A stretch of 64,000 nucleotides of DNA from an uncultured Verrucomicrobiae bacterium (GTDB taxonomy: Bacteria; Verrucomicrobiota; Verrucomicrobiia; Limisphaerales; Palsa-1400). The DNA lies in NCBI GenBank assembly GCA_963702845.1, contig OY969763.1, forward strand, positions 3,808,001 to 3,872,000, given 5' to 3'. Positions 20,573 through 34,527 of the stretch are shown one piece after another; within the stretch, counting starts at the first letter, position 1; the number at the start of each line of letters is the position of its first letter. The notes beneath the pieces were generated by a model that saw only the letters and a program-made list of their open reading frames with translations, made no database searches and was not told the DNA's origin. Both the position numbers and the translations under genes were made by a program.

Positions 20573-21430
20573 ATGAAAACATCCTGCTTCTTTTGCATGT
20601 TGGCAGTCAGTGCTCATGTTTCACTCGCTCAGTCACAAAAACCTGAAGTATTCGCGTCAGCCGGTGACATCACTGACAATCGCTCTTCCGGCACATTTTC
20701 GGGCGATTGTACCGTTGAGATCAAGTTCACCGGAGATACTGCGGCCACTGCGTCGAGCGTCCGCGAAGTGCGCATCACCAAAGCAATCGATGAAACAGGA
20801 CGTGACCTGAAGTCGGACGAAAAAAAGCATTTCAGCGGATTCGCCGATAATAACCGAAGCGGTCAAACGGTCCTTAAGAAAGAAGTAACGCTAAAAAACC
20901 CCTCGCGAAACGCGCATGTAATCAAACTCATTGAAGGCGAAGCCTCATTCTTTTCGCCAACCGAGTCAAACGGCGGCAAAACAATTATCAAGGACGCCTT
21001 GGCGCATCCCGGGGAACCATTTGATAACCCGACGCCGAAGCAGCTCAAAATCCAGATTACGTATCACACAAAAGAAAGCGTCGAAGCGGCAAAACAGAAA
21101 AAGAAAGCCAGCGCAACGGCGGGTGACAAAATCGGTGAGGGTCTAGCCGACGCTTTTGGAAGCATGTTCTCCAGTTTCGGTAACTCATCCCGCGAAAAAG
21201 GTTCCGTCGATCTGCAAATCAATGATCCCGACAAACGCTTTGTCAAAGTTGAATTCCTGGACACCAACGGCAAACCTCTCGAATCGCAAGGTCAAATGAG
21301 TTACGGCGACTTCCATCACTACGGTTTGAAAACCGCACCACCGACAGGATTACAAATGGTCCTCTACCTGGCGACTTCCGATGCCTCCGTGAACGTGCCG
21401 TTTAAACTGGAGAACATCCCGATCCCATAA
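20573..21430 (+). CDS. Hypothetical secreted protein
   Basis: Signal peptide MKTSCFFCMLAVSAHVSLA; beta-rich; ends PFKLENIPIP. Confidence 0.7.
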   Translation: MKTSCFFCMLAVSAHVSLAQSQKPEVFASAGDITDNRSSGTFSGDCTVEIKFTGDTAATASSVREVRITKAIDETGRDLKSDEKKHFSGFADNNRSGQTVLKKEVTLKNPSRNAHVIKLIEGEASFFSPTESNGGKTIIKDALAHPGEPFDNPTPKQLKIQITYHTKESVEAAKQKKKASATAGDKIGEGLADAFGSMFSSFGNSSREKGSVDLQINDPDKRFVKVEFLDTNGKPLESQGQMSYGDFHHYGLKTAPPTGLQMVLYLATSDASVNVPFKLENIPIP

Positions 21431-21468
21431 ATCGCGAGTGTAACTCGTGCTTCTGACGCGCGTTGAAG

Positions 21469-22041
21469 TTACAAACAAGCGCTCACAAACTGCGCTATAG
21501 CCAGAATTCCTACCGACATGGCGATAAACCAAAGAGGCTTCTTCTTCGTCACAGTACAAAGCGACGCCATCGCTATAGAAACGGAAAACAGCGATATCAC
21601 CGACGCCATTTTCGCTCCTCGCCCCCGGGCAACATCGCGCGTCTTTTCAAAACCTTCCGCCTTGGCCTTTATATCGGCCTTTTCCTTGTCATAGCGAGCC
21701 GCTCTTTCAGCCAATTGCTTTTGAAGCTGCTCGCTTTTCTCGTTACCCGGCTGAGTTGCTGCCAGATTTTGGACTGATTGATCCAGATGCTGCTTAATCG
21801 ATTTTGCCTGGTAAAATGCCCATTGATCCGAAGCCCACGCCTGATTCATAACGACAGCGCTCGAAAACTTCCCGGCCCATTGCGCTGCGGTTGCCGCCGC
21901 GACCGCAAGCACCACAATCGTCAACGACACATACTTGATCCATGCTTCCCGTTTCTCCTTTTCCTTGGTGGCACCGCGATCTGCCTTCAGATCGACAATA
22001 AACTGCTTCAATTCACTAATTTCTTTTTGAAGATCATCCAT
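21469..22041 (-). CDS. DUF4337-family membrane protein
   Basis: ASDQWAFYQAKSIKQH motif with three TM segments. Confidence 0.8.
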   Translation of the reverse strand: MDDLQKEISELKQFIVDLKADRGATKEKEKREAWIKYVSLTIVVLAVAAATAAQWAGKFSSAVVMNQAWASDQWAFYQAKSIKQHLDQSVQNLAATQPGNEKSEQLQKQLAERAARYDKEKADIKAKAEGFEKTRDVARGRGAKMASVISLFSVSIAMASLCTVTKKKPLWFIAMSVGILAIAQFVSACL

Positions 22042-22268
22042 AAAATAACTACCTCGCTCTAAACGAGCCCGTTCCAGTAACCAAATGCCGCGTGCAACTC
22101 AATAAAAAACAAACTCAGGGGCCCTTCTCTCATTTTTGGCTAACAGAAACGGCAAATTTATTTTAAGCGGCTGCCCTACATCAAATCCCTTCGGGCGATC
22201 GATCCCATCACTAGCCTACAAATTCTTACCTTTGGTCTCCACGACTCCACGATTCGCTGTCCGAACCT

Positions 22269-22311
22269 AAAAAAACAAAAAAGCCGAAACGAAAAGTTCG
22301 TTTCGGCTTTT
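22269..22311 (-). terminator. Intrinsic terminator of the rRNA operon
   Basis: AAAAGCCGAAACGAA-aag-TTCGTTTCGGCTTTT hairpin followed on the minus strand by U-runs, just downstream of 5S. Confidence 0.85.
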
Positions 22312-22321
22312 AATGAAAGAT

Positions 22322-22436
22322 CTGGCGCCAACCTACTCTCGCAGAACCTATAGAACTACTACCATCGGCAAGACTGTGTTTGACGGCCGTGTTCGGGATG
22401 GGAACGGGTCGGACCACAGCTTTATGGGCACCAAAA
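22322..22436 (-). rRNA. rrf: 5S rRNA
   Basis: Reverse complement contains CCCATCCCGAACAC, GCCGATGGTAGT, GAGAGTAGG and closing TGGTGCC/GGCGCCA stem. Confidence 0.93.
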
Positions 22437-22726
22437 AATCGTTTGGTCAGTAGCAATCGATTTTGCAATTGCTACGCGCGGGCTCTGCCGCGTTGACCGA
22501 GATTTAAATACTTTTGGCCAGTGCTTTCAATTCATCAGTTAACCAGCGGAGTAACGAGAAAACAGTCTCATCACCCACCCTGCTGAACCGATCGCACGGA
22601 CCGAGATTTTAAAGATCATACCTGGCAAAGCTCAGGAAAACTTCTCTGAAAACTATACGTAGACTTGGGAGCATATTACAACTCGCGAGTTTAAATTACG
22701 CTTTTTTCCTTTGTGGGAAAAAAAAG

Positions 22727-25597
<2,871 letters not shown>

Positions 25598-25768
25598 ACA
25601 AAGTTAGACCTCGTTCTCCTCATTGCTGAAGAAAACAAGATTACTCAGCGAATTGTAATTATTTATGCCCTTTATTATCTACGTATAGTTGTCAAAGAAC
25701 TTTCCCGGCTTTAATCGCTCGAGGGTTTTAAACCCCGAACAATCTCTTCCAGGCAAAATTTTATCAAG

Positions 25769-25845
25769 TGGTGGGCGTGACTGGATTCGAACCAGTGACC
25801 CTGCGCTTATCAAGCGCATGCTCTAACCAACTGAGCTACACGCCC
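25769..25845 (-). tRNA. tRNA-Ile (GAT)
   Basis: GGGCGTGTAGCTCAGTTGGTTAGAGCATGCGCTTGATAAGCGC...GGTTCGAATCC...CACGCCCACCA. Confidence 0.97.
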
Positions 25846-25855
25846 ATTAAAGTGT

Positions 25856-25931
25856 TGGTGGAGCTGAGGAGAGTCGAACTCCTGACCTATAGCTTGCAAA
25901 GCTACCGCTCTACCAACTGAGCTACAGCCCC
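25856..25931 (-). tRNA. tRNA-Ala (TGC)
   Basis: GGGGCTGTAGCTCAGTTGGTAGAGCGGTAGCTTTGCAAGCTA...GTTCGACTC...AGCTCCACCA. Confidence 0.97.
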
Positions 25932-26246
25932 AACACTTACGATTACTTTTGAGATTCCGATTTGAACCCGCGCCTTGCGACGCGTCAATCGTAAATCGTC
26001 AAACGCAAATCGTAAATTTACGAGTTCGATCTCTTCCACTTGTTAAAGAACAAAAGTCCGCTCCGCAATGTTTAACGTTGCTGATCGAACCGAACGCATC
26101 CATTTGCGTTCCGGCTATTGAAAGCCCATTGAAATCTGAATTGTGCGAATAGATTGAGCCAAAATCTGTGATTTCAAATTTAACTCTGAAATCTCAGACC
26201 GACCTAGGAACGATGGTTAGAAACCGAAGTTTCACCCATCTCCATG

Positions 26247-27828
<1,582 letters not shown>

Positions 27829-28152
27829 AAACGTTAGCTTGAATCTTGTCCGATTGGTTAAACCGGACTGATTTTGCAATTAAAACTCTCCAAACACTCA
27901 CCAACTAACAGGTGAGCTTTGAAGGGGCTCTCACTATTCGCACAATTCAATTTTCAATGAGCAGTCGAGTTTCAGTCTTTGTTACGTTTTTACCGCAACA
28001 ACCACCTTCCACCCAAAATTATCCTTGTTGTTCCAACGCAACTTATTGCGTTTTCCCAACTTTGTTTTTGTCGTGACGACAAAAACGCCCGAGCTGCCGA
28101 TTCTCGCTCTTAACTACTCGGCATCTCAGACACCTTCGTTAACTGTCCGATT

Positions 28153-28182
28153 ACTTTATCTTCATCGGCCACCGGTTGTCAA
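28153..28182 (-). promoter_or_regulatory. Sigma70-type promoter of the rRNA operon
   Basis: TTGACA-N18-TAAAGT on the minus strand about 325 nt upstream of 16S, with A/T-rich sequence upstream. Confidence 0.7.
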
Positions 28183-28255
28183 CGGGTTTTGTTAAACCAA
28201 CCGCTTTTTCTTTTTCTTCGCTGTTCTTAAGAACGTTTCGAAGAACGTGACCAAA

Positions 28256-28954
28256 CTAGATGCACTCACTTATTCCTGCAAGAACTTTTTTAACTTTTTT
28301 TTGTCCCCTCGTAATTCCCCCGTAAGTTCCCGCGCATTTGCCTAGATAAGGCAGCTCAAATAGCCTTAAGCGTTTCACACCATTGCCCCACTTTCCGATT
28401 GCGTCAAGGTTTGTAGCAGCAGAAAAATCAGCTTTTTTGCCATTTATTAACACAACCGCAGACACCTGCGCATCAACAGCTTGCAATGCCTTCAGGCTAA
28501 GCAACGTATGATTGATCGTTCCTAATTGATTTTTTCCCACCAGTAAAACCTGACAATTCAGCGCCTCGATCAAATCGAGCACCGAATAATTTGTCCCGAG
28601 CGGCACCAACAGTCCGCCCGACCCTTCTATCAACAACACATCACACCGTTTTTTTAGATCGGCAATCTTTTTCAAAACAGCTTTCAGGGGCACCTGCTCC
28701 CGTGATTTTTCCCATTTCACCGCCACCCAGGGCGCCAGTGGCGCCGAGAAATAGAAGGGATTCACCTCGTCTAAAGTCACTTCATCTGACTGGAGTGAAT
28801 GCAAAAGCTCTGCATCGTCGCGTCCGCCCGAACAGAACGGCTTCATCGCCAGTGCGTTTACTCCCTGGGAACGAAAATGATGCAGCAGCAGTGCCGTGAG
28901 CACCGTTTTGCCGACCCCAGTATCCGTTCCGGTGACAAATACAACTTTGCTCAT
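28256..28954 (-). CDS. bioD: Dethiobiotin synthase
   Basis: FVTGTDTGVGKT, KPFCSG, IEGSGGLLVP, LGTINHTLL. Confidence 0.95.
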   Translation of the reverse strand: MSKVVFVTGTDTGVGKTVLTALLLHHFRSQGVNALAMKPFCSGGRDDAELLHSLQSDEVTLDEVNPFYFSAPLAPWVAVKWEKSREQVPLKAVLKKIADLKKRCDVLLIEGSGGLLVPLGTNYSVLDLIEALNCQVLLVGKNQLGTINHTLLSLKALQAVDAQVSAVVLINGKKADFSAATNLDAIGKWGNGVKRLRLFELPYLGKCAGTYGGITRGQKKVKKVLAGISECI

Positions 28955-29103
28955 AACACCTTCTTACCAAAAACCGGCTTAAAGCAAAATTTGTTCTTTT
29001 CCACAAGTTAACGGGCGTGAAAACCGTGCCAGCAGGAATCCACCTTCGACGTAAATCGAAAATCTTCTTTCGTTTACGCCCTACTTTCATAGGATTCGCG
29101 GGG

Positions 29104-31413
29104 ATGAACGACCAAGCTGCGGCGTCACAACCGATATGCGCTCGATTTTGCGACCTGTGGTTTTCTCCCAAACGTTTTTCCATTTTTCTGGCGTTGCTTG
29201 TCCTCATTGCTTTTCACGACGTTTTATTGGGCGGGCGCTCTTTTGTTATCAGGGATTTCGGCCTGTTCTCCTACCCCGTTGCATCGTTTGTTAAAGGCAG
29301 TTACGCGCATGGAGAAATTCCATTTTGGAATCCACTGGACACGTGCGGAATTCCGTTCCTTGCACAGTTCAACACTCTGGCGCTTTACCCCGGGTCGCTC
29401 ATCTACCTCGCCCTGCCGCTCACATGGGCGCTACCGTTTTTCTGCATACTGCATTTGTACCTCGGTGGACTGGGGACATACTTTCTGGCTCGGCGATGGA
29501 CTGGCTCCGCGCTGGGCGGCGCGGTAGCGGGACTGGTTTTTGCGTTCAATGGCCTCTCACTGAACCTTCTCATGTGGCCTAGCCACATTGCGGCATTCAG
29601 CCTTATACCATGGACAGTATTGGCAGTCGAAACAGGCTGGCAGAAAGGGGGACGGCACTTGATTGTCGGCGGAATCGTTGGCTCACTCCTCGTGCTCGCG
29701 GGTGGCCCGGAGGAGATTGTGTTTTCGTGGTTAATTCTGTTCGGCCTGCTGCTCGCGCAAATGAAATTTAGCGGTCTCGCTACACTCACTCTGACGCGGC
29801 GATTCATCACAATCGTCGTGCTAACCGCTGCCTTTTCCGCGCCGCTGTGGTTGCCGTTCGTCGATCTAGCTATGCATTCCAATCGTGACAGTCAATTTGG
29901 GGGCAGCGCCTGGTCCATGCCTGTTTCCGGCTTTGCCAATTTTCTTGTCCCAATGTTTCACACGACCCAATGGGAAACGATCGTGTATCAAGAATCACAA
30001 AAGTGGACCAGCTCTTACTACCCCGGCGTCGCAACAGTTTTTCTCGTCATCATAGCGTTGCTGCGCAGGCGAGAATGGCGTGTTGGACTACTCGGAACGT
30101 TCCTGGTGATAAGCCTTGTGGTCGCGTTGGGAGACAGTGGTTATCTGTTCGCGTGGCTGCGACACGCATTTCCGTTCCTCGGAAAATTTCGTTATCCAGT
30201 AAAATTTCTTTTGCTGAGTCTTTTCCTCATTCCCCTGCTGGCTGCATATGGCATCAGCTATTACGAAGAACAGCGGCGACAATGGAAGTTCGACGCCGCT
30301 TGCGCTGGTGTTCTTATTGCCTTAATCGGGCTCGTGACCTGGGCCGGCCGAAAATACGTTTCTGAAGAGATTCCGTGGCCAACGATTTTAAACAATGGAC
30401 TGTGGCGAATGGCATTCCTGATCTTTTTCGTTGCGGTGACATTTTTATTTTGGCGCGTTCCAAAACGGCAGCCTTGGATGGCGGCCTCGATGTTATTACT
30501 GATTTGGGCCGATCTCCTCATGCACGAGCCATGGCAAAATCCAACTGTGGACTCCTCTTATTACGAGCCCGGGCTCGCCCGCCAGAAAGTGAAGCTCGCC
30601 CCAGAGCCAGCGCCCGAAGAATCGCGTTTGATGATGTCGCCGTTTTCAGCTCAAAACCTTTATTACCGCCCCGCTGCGGATCCGGCATCGACCCTCTTGC
30701 TGCACCGCGTCGTTTTCCTGGCCGATCTCAACCTCCTCGAGGGCCTACCAAAGGTTGACGGATTCTTTTCGCTAAACCTTAAACAAACTGACCGGGTGCT
30801 ACGTCAATTCGATGACCCGTCGCCGCAAAAGCTCGAACATCTCGAAGACTTGCTCGGAGTCTCACAAACGATCGAACAAGGAAAAGTCTTCGACTGGGTT
30901 CGGCGCGATTCCTATTTGCCGGTAATCACAGTGGGACATGAGCCGGTGTTCGGGTCGGAAGAAGCAAACTTCACGGCAGTAACTGATGCAGCATCGGACA
31001 TTCGGCACACCGTTTATCTACCTCTCGAAGCCAAATCGGAAGTAAAAGCCCATCGCGAAGATCGAGCGCGAATCATCGCAAAAAAAGTACTTTCAAACCG
31101 TGTTGCCATTCAGGTGGATACACCACATCCAGCAATGGCATTAATCAACCAGAGCTATTATCACAACTGGAAGGCCTACATTGACGGTAAACCGGCGAAA
31201 TTGTGGCGAGCGGACTACGCCTTTCAAGCGGTGGAAATGCCAGCCGGCGAACACGAACTGAAAATAATTTACCGAGACACCGCGTTCTACATCGGAGTCG
31301 GAGTATTCGCCTGCGCCTTTGGTTTATGCGTTGTCCCGTGGATCAGGGGCTCAAGGCGCAAACAAAACGCGTCTGCCCATTTACCGCATCCTGTTGCACA
31401 AACGATGACGTAA
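29104..31413 (+). CDS. YfhO-family multi-TM membrane protein (GT-C-like)
   Basis: PFWNP...GIPFLA, YP, FRYP.KF, and C-terminal SYY.NWKAYIDGK...RADYAFQAVE.PAGEH...YR followed by a TM. Confidence 0.85.
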   Translation: MNDQAAASQPICARFCDLWFSPKRFSIFLALLVLIAFHDVLLGGRSFVIRDFGLFSYPVASFVKGSYAHGEIPFWNPLDTCGIPFLAQFNTLALYPGSLIYLALPLTWALPFFCILHLYLGGLGTYFLARRWTGSALGGAVAGLVFAFNGLSLNLLMWPSHIAAFSLIPWTVLAVETGWQKGGRHLIVGGIVGSLLVLAGGPEEIVFSWLILFGLLLAQMKFSGLATLTLTRRFITIVVLTAAFSAPLWLPFVDLAMHSNRDSQFGGSAWSMPVSGFANFLVPMFHTTQWETIVYQESQKWTSSYYPGVATVFLVIIALLRRREWRVGLLGTFLVISLVVALGDSGYLFAWLRHAFPFLGKFRYPVKFLLLSLFLIPLLAAYGISYYEEQRRQWKFDAACAGVLIALIGLVTWAGRKYVSEEIPWPTILNNGLWRMAFLIFFVAVTFLFWRVPKRQPWMAASMLLLIWADLLMHEPWQNPTVDSSYYEPGLARQKVKLAPEPAPEESRLMMSPFSAQNLYYRPAADPASTLLLHRVVFLADLNLLEGLPKVDGFFSLNLKQTDRVLRQFDDPSPQKLEHLEDLLGVSQTIEQGKVFDWVRRDSYLPVITVGHEPVFGSEEANFTAVTDAASDIRHTVYLPLEAKSEVKAHREDRARIIAKKVLSNRVAIQVDTPHPAMALINQSYYHNWKAYIDGKPAKLWRADYAFQAVEMPAGEHELKIIYRDTAFYIGVGVFACAFGLCVVPWIRGSRRKQNASAHLPHPVAQTMT

Positions 31414-31428
31414 TAAACTGGCCAGAGC

Positions 31429-32166
31429 CTAGAGACCGGAAGGAAGACCCGCTGGGTTCGTCCGCCACATCGTCTCATTTTCCCAGAAATTGACGGGGGT
31501 GAACACCTTGCCGGCACGATAGAAACGCGTGCTGCCGTCGATCATAGCGTAATTAGCACCGCCAGCCGTCGCGTCGTTCGGATTGCCGTCGTGCTTCGAT
31601 TCATCCACCTGTCTATCGTCATCCAAGTCGTCCCAATCCATGTAGTAATGCATCGAGGTATTCAACTTCTCGCCCAGGATAATTGTGTCGCTGGGGATCA
31701 GAATATCGTTCTCCTTCAAATACGGCGAGGTCGCCGCAGTCTGCCAATCCTCCCCGTATTTGGCTGCATACGAACGGTTAAAGCCGTTGATGATGTAGCT
31801 GCGCGGTGCGCCATCCGGGAAATAATTTGTGTTGGCGGGCGTGCCTGTCGCCGGAGTTTTCAACTCGCTGGGGCACAGGAGCATCGAAACTTTGTAATAG
31901 AACGGAAAATAGCGCGTTGGCCAACGTGGCGCGGTGGTCCGGGACGGGAACGCTCCGCCGTTATCCATCGCGTACATTTTCGTCGCCAAGCCGAGTTGGT
32001 GCAGATTATTCGCGCACGAAATCTTCTGCGCCTGCTGTTTGGCCCGAGCCAGCGCGGGCAGCAGCATACTGGCCAAAATGCCGATGATCGCGATGACCAC
32101 CAACAACTCGATCAGTGTAAAAGCGGCCGTCTTCGTCAACCACCTGTTCACTTTTGTTGTTTTCAT
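31429..32166 (-). CDS. Prepilin-type N-terminal methylation domain protein (DUF1559-like)
   Basis: [41 protein letters not shown]...[11 protein letters not shown]. Confidence 0.9.
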   Translation of the reverse strand: MKTTKVNRWLTKTAAFTLIELLVVIAIIGILASMLLPALARAKQQAQKISCANNLHQLGLATKMYAMDNGGAFPSRTTAPRWPTRYFPFYYKVSMLLCPSELKTPATGTPANTNYFPDGAPRSYIINGFNRSYAAKYGEDWQTAATSPYLKENDILIPSDTIILGEKLNTSMHYYMDWDDLDDDRQVDESKHDGNPNDATAGGANYAMIDGSTRFYRAGKVFTPVNFWENETMWRTNPAGLPSGL

Positions 32167-32413
32167 TCGCTCAATTTCAGACGTTCTTCACAGCGCTAAC
32201 GTTACGGCAAAACATCAACGTATCGGCGCGAGGCGGATATCCCGCTCGCCACGTTTGACGTGACAGCCGGGGCCAAAGATTCAACAAAACTTGCCCTATT
32301 GCGGCAGTATCTTGACCTCAGCATCAGCACCATGATCTGCGCCGACCCGTAGATTCTGAACACTTTAGCATTTAGCGATGTGCAGTTCCCCTTTAGGCTG
32401 CCCCCTTTCCTCA

Positions 32414-32773
32414 ATGAGATTGCCGACCAAACTTCGCCTTGCCCTCGTCGTCATCGTGGTCCTGCTGATTGCCCACGCGTGCTGGTTCGATCGCGCCACG
32501 TGGTACGGTGAATCATGGCGCGGCAAGCCCATGGCCAACGGCAAACCTTACAATCCCGACGCTCTGACCTGCGCCAGTTGGCACTACCCGCTCGGCACTA
32601 AACTCCGTATTTCCCACGAAAAACGATCCGTCACCGTCCAGGTCACCGACCGCGGCGGCAAAAACCAGTGGTATCAATTCGGCAAAACCGTCGACCTCAG
32701 CCCAGCCGCATTTAGCAGGCTCGGTTCGCTCAAGGCTGGCACGCTCCAAATCAACATCCGCCGCACCGATTAG
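32414..32773 (+). CDS. RlpA-like double-psi beta-barrel protein (septal lytic transglycosylase family, no SPOR domain)
   Basis: ATWYG....GKPMANG..Y....LTCA....PLGT.LRI....SV.V.VTDRG....DLS.AAF..LG. Confidence 0.85.
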   Translation: MRLPTKLRLALVVIVVLLIAHACWFDRATWYGESWRGKPMANGKPYNPDALTCASWHYPLGTKLRISHEKRSVTVQVTDRGGKNQWYQFGKTVDLSPAAFSRLGSLKAGTLQINIRRTD

Positions 32774-32800
32774 TGCGTTGCGAAAAAATTCATCGAAATG

Positions 32801-32850
32801 TTGCAACTTCCTGCAACCTCCGCCTCCTTCCTGCAATTAGTTGCAAAGTG
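32801..32850. repeat. 10-bp-period micro-array (YTGCAA core)
   Basis: ttgcaacttc/ctgcaacctc/cgcctccttc/ctgcaattag/ttgcaaagtg. Confidence 0.6.
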
Positions 32851-33028
32851 GAGCGGTTTTTTAGAGGGAAATGCTGCAACTTTATCAACAATCATATCCG
32901 GGTTGCACTTCCCCGAATGCCGATAAGAACCGGCGGCCGAAGGGATTATAATGTGCAGTTACGGCTTGTCAATTATTGTAGGATAGACGCGGAGCACATA
33001 TCCAGCCGCCCAAAAAACACGGTTTTCA

Positions 33029-33976
33029 TTAGTGATTCAAAAGACTACTACTCACGCACTCATCGCGATAAGGGCTGTCCTCGAGAGCATGACGGTCCCA
33101 ATGGCCCAGATCAGCAGCAGCTTCATAGGTGCTTTGGGCAAAATCTACTATCGCTTCAGCCGAATCCGACGATTCTCGCACTTCATCATAAGGCATTAAA
33201 AACTCCCGAAGCTTTGGTTGAAAAAACGCACCCGGCCCTTTGATTTTCGCGGACGAAAAACCTTCCGGCGCAGGATAAGCGTAACTGTAAAACGCCGCCT
33301 GCGGATACGCCGCATTGCCCGGCCAGAATCCAAAACTGCTCACCTCGTGCGAATAAGCCTCGCGCGCCACGCGGTTCGCAAGATGCGGCACACCACCGGG
33401 ATGCGGAGGAGCCGTGCGTCCCGAAAATCGCGTAACAGCCAGATCAAAACTCCCCCAAAAGAAATGGACGGGGCTGCACTTGCCGATGAACCGCGAACGA
33501 AACACTTTCAGGACATTATTTATCGGCACTAGCGCCCGCCAAAACGTATTGGCCTGATCACGGTCATAGATCTTGTGGCGAGTGTCATCGAAGAACGGCG
33601 TCCCATCCTCCATCTCATTCGGGATAGGACTAAAATGAGTTTCAATCTCGAGGTCGGTCAGCACGTTCATCACACGCCGATAAAACGAAGCGACATCTTC
33701 GGCCTGAAGCGCAAAATCAAGACCGCGCCCGTCGCTGACCTGAAAAATCAAACGATGACTGATGAAATCGAATTCGATCGAAAAATTTTTGTCACCGTCA
33801 GAAATCGCCGACGTGCCCAAGCCGCGAGGGGTGACATACAGCGTAGAGAACCACGAATGATTGGCCCAGGGTTCTTTCGAGAGACGAATCTTGCCGACGA
33901 TTTGGGTCCAGAGGTGAATAGTTTCATAGGTATCTTTCCACACCTCGTAATCCAACTGCGGCCACGTCTCCCTCAT
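33029..33976 (-). CDS. DUF5996-family protein
   Basis: WP.L....W.DT..T.HLWTQIVGKIRL, NHSW, F.GKCSPVHFFWGSFDLAVTRFSGR, EAYSHEVSS.GFWPG. Confidence 0.88.
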   Translation of the reverse strand: MRETWPQLDYEVWKDTYETIHLWTQIVGKIRLSKEPWANHSWFSTLYVTPRGLGTSAISDGDKNFSIEFDFISHRLIFQVSDGRGLDFALQAEDVASFYRRVMNVLTDLEIETHFSPIPNEMEDGTPFFDDTRHKIYDRDQANTFWRALVPINNVLKVFRSRFIGKCSPVHFFWGSFDLAVTRFSGRTAPPHPGGVPHLANRVAREAYSHEVSSFGFWPGNAAYPQAAFYSYAYPAPEGFSSAKIKGPGAFFQPKLREFLMPYDEVRESSDSAEAIVDFAQSTYEAAADLGHWDRHALEDSPYRDECVSSSLLNH

Positions 33977-34285
33977 TCGCGACGTTCACCCCAAACGCAG
34001 ACGAAATCAAGAGGACAATTTCCGTCGCTTGTCCCCATCTGGCTGCTCTTCCTCAGAGACGGAAGAACCCGTTCGCTTTCATTATTAAGCGCAACCTGCG
34101 CCGGGCCTGCATGGATGCAATGAGGGAATTGCTCTATTCTGCCTACCGAAATCGGGCCGGTTCAAAAAACGCTTTTGGTGAAACCCGATTTGCAGACGAA
34201 CCCTCGGATTGAATTACGACACCCCGCCTGATGTTGGTATGTGTCATCTCACGTTAGCATGTAGTCGTAGCAAAATGTTGATCCT

Positions 34286-34525
34286 ATGCAACCGCATCAA
34301 ACCCAACCAACCCGCGCGCAGAAAGGCGGCCCGCGCCTGCCAGCACTTGCCCGCCAACCAGCCGCGCAACAATCCCGTCGAGCCGCAGCAAAGGCCGCGG
34401 CCCTCGCTGCACGCGCCAAGCCATTTGTCGCGACCGCCAGGCGCGTGCCGTGGCGACGGCTGCAAATAAATGATGTGGATGGTCCAATCCAAGTCTGGTC
34501 CGAACCGGGTTACAAAGGAGTTTGA
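34286..34525 (+). CDS. Hypothetical small basic protein
   Basis: 79-aa Ala/Arg-rich ORF; stop lies 2 nt from the convergent gene's stop. Confidence 0.4.
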   Translation: MQPHQTQPTRAQKGGPRLPALARQPAAQQSRRAAAKAAALAARAKPFVATARRVPWRRLQINDVDGPIQVWSEPGYKGV

Positions 34526-34527
34526 GT

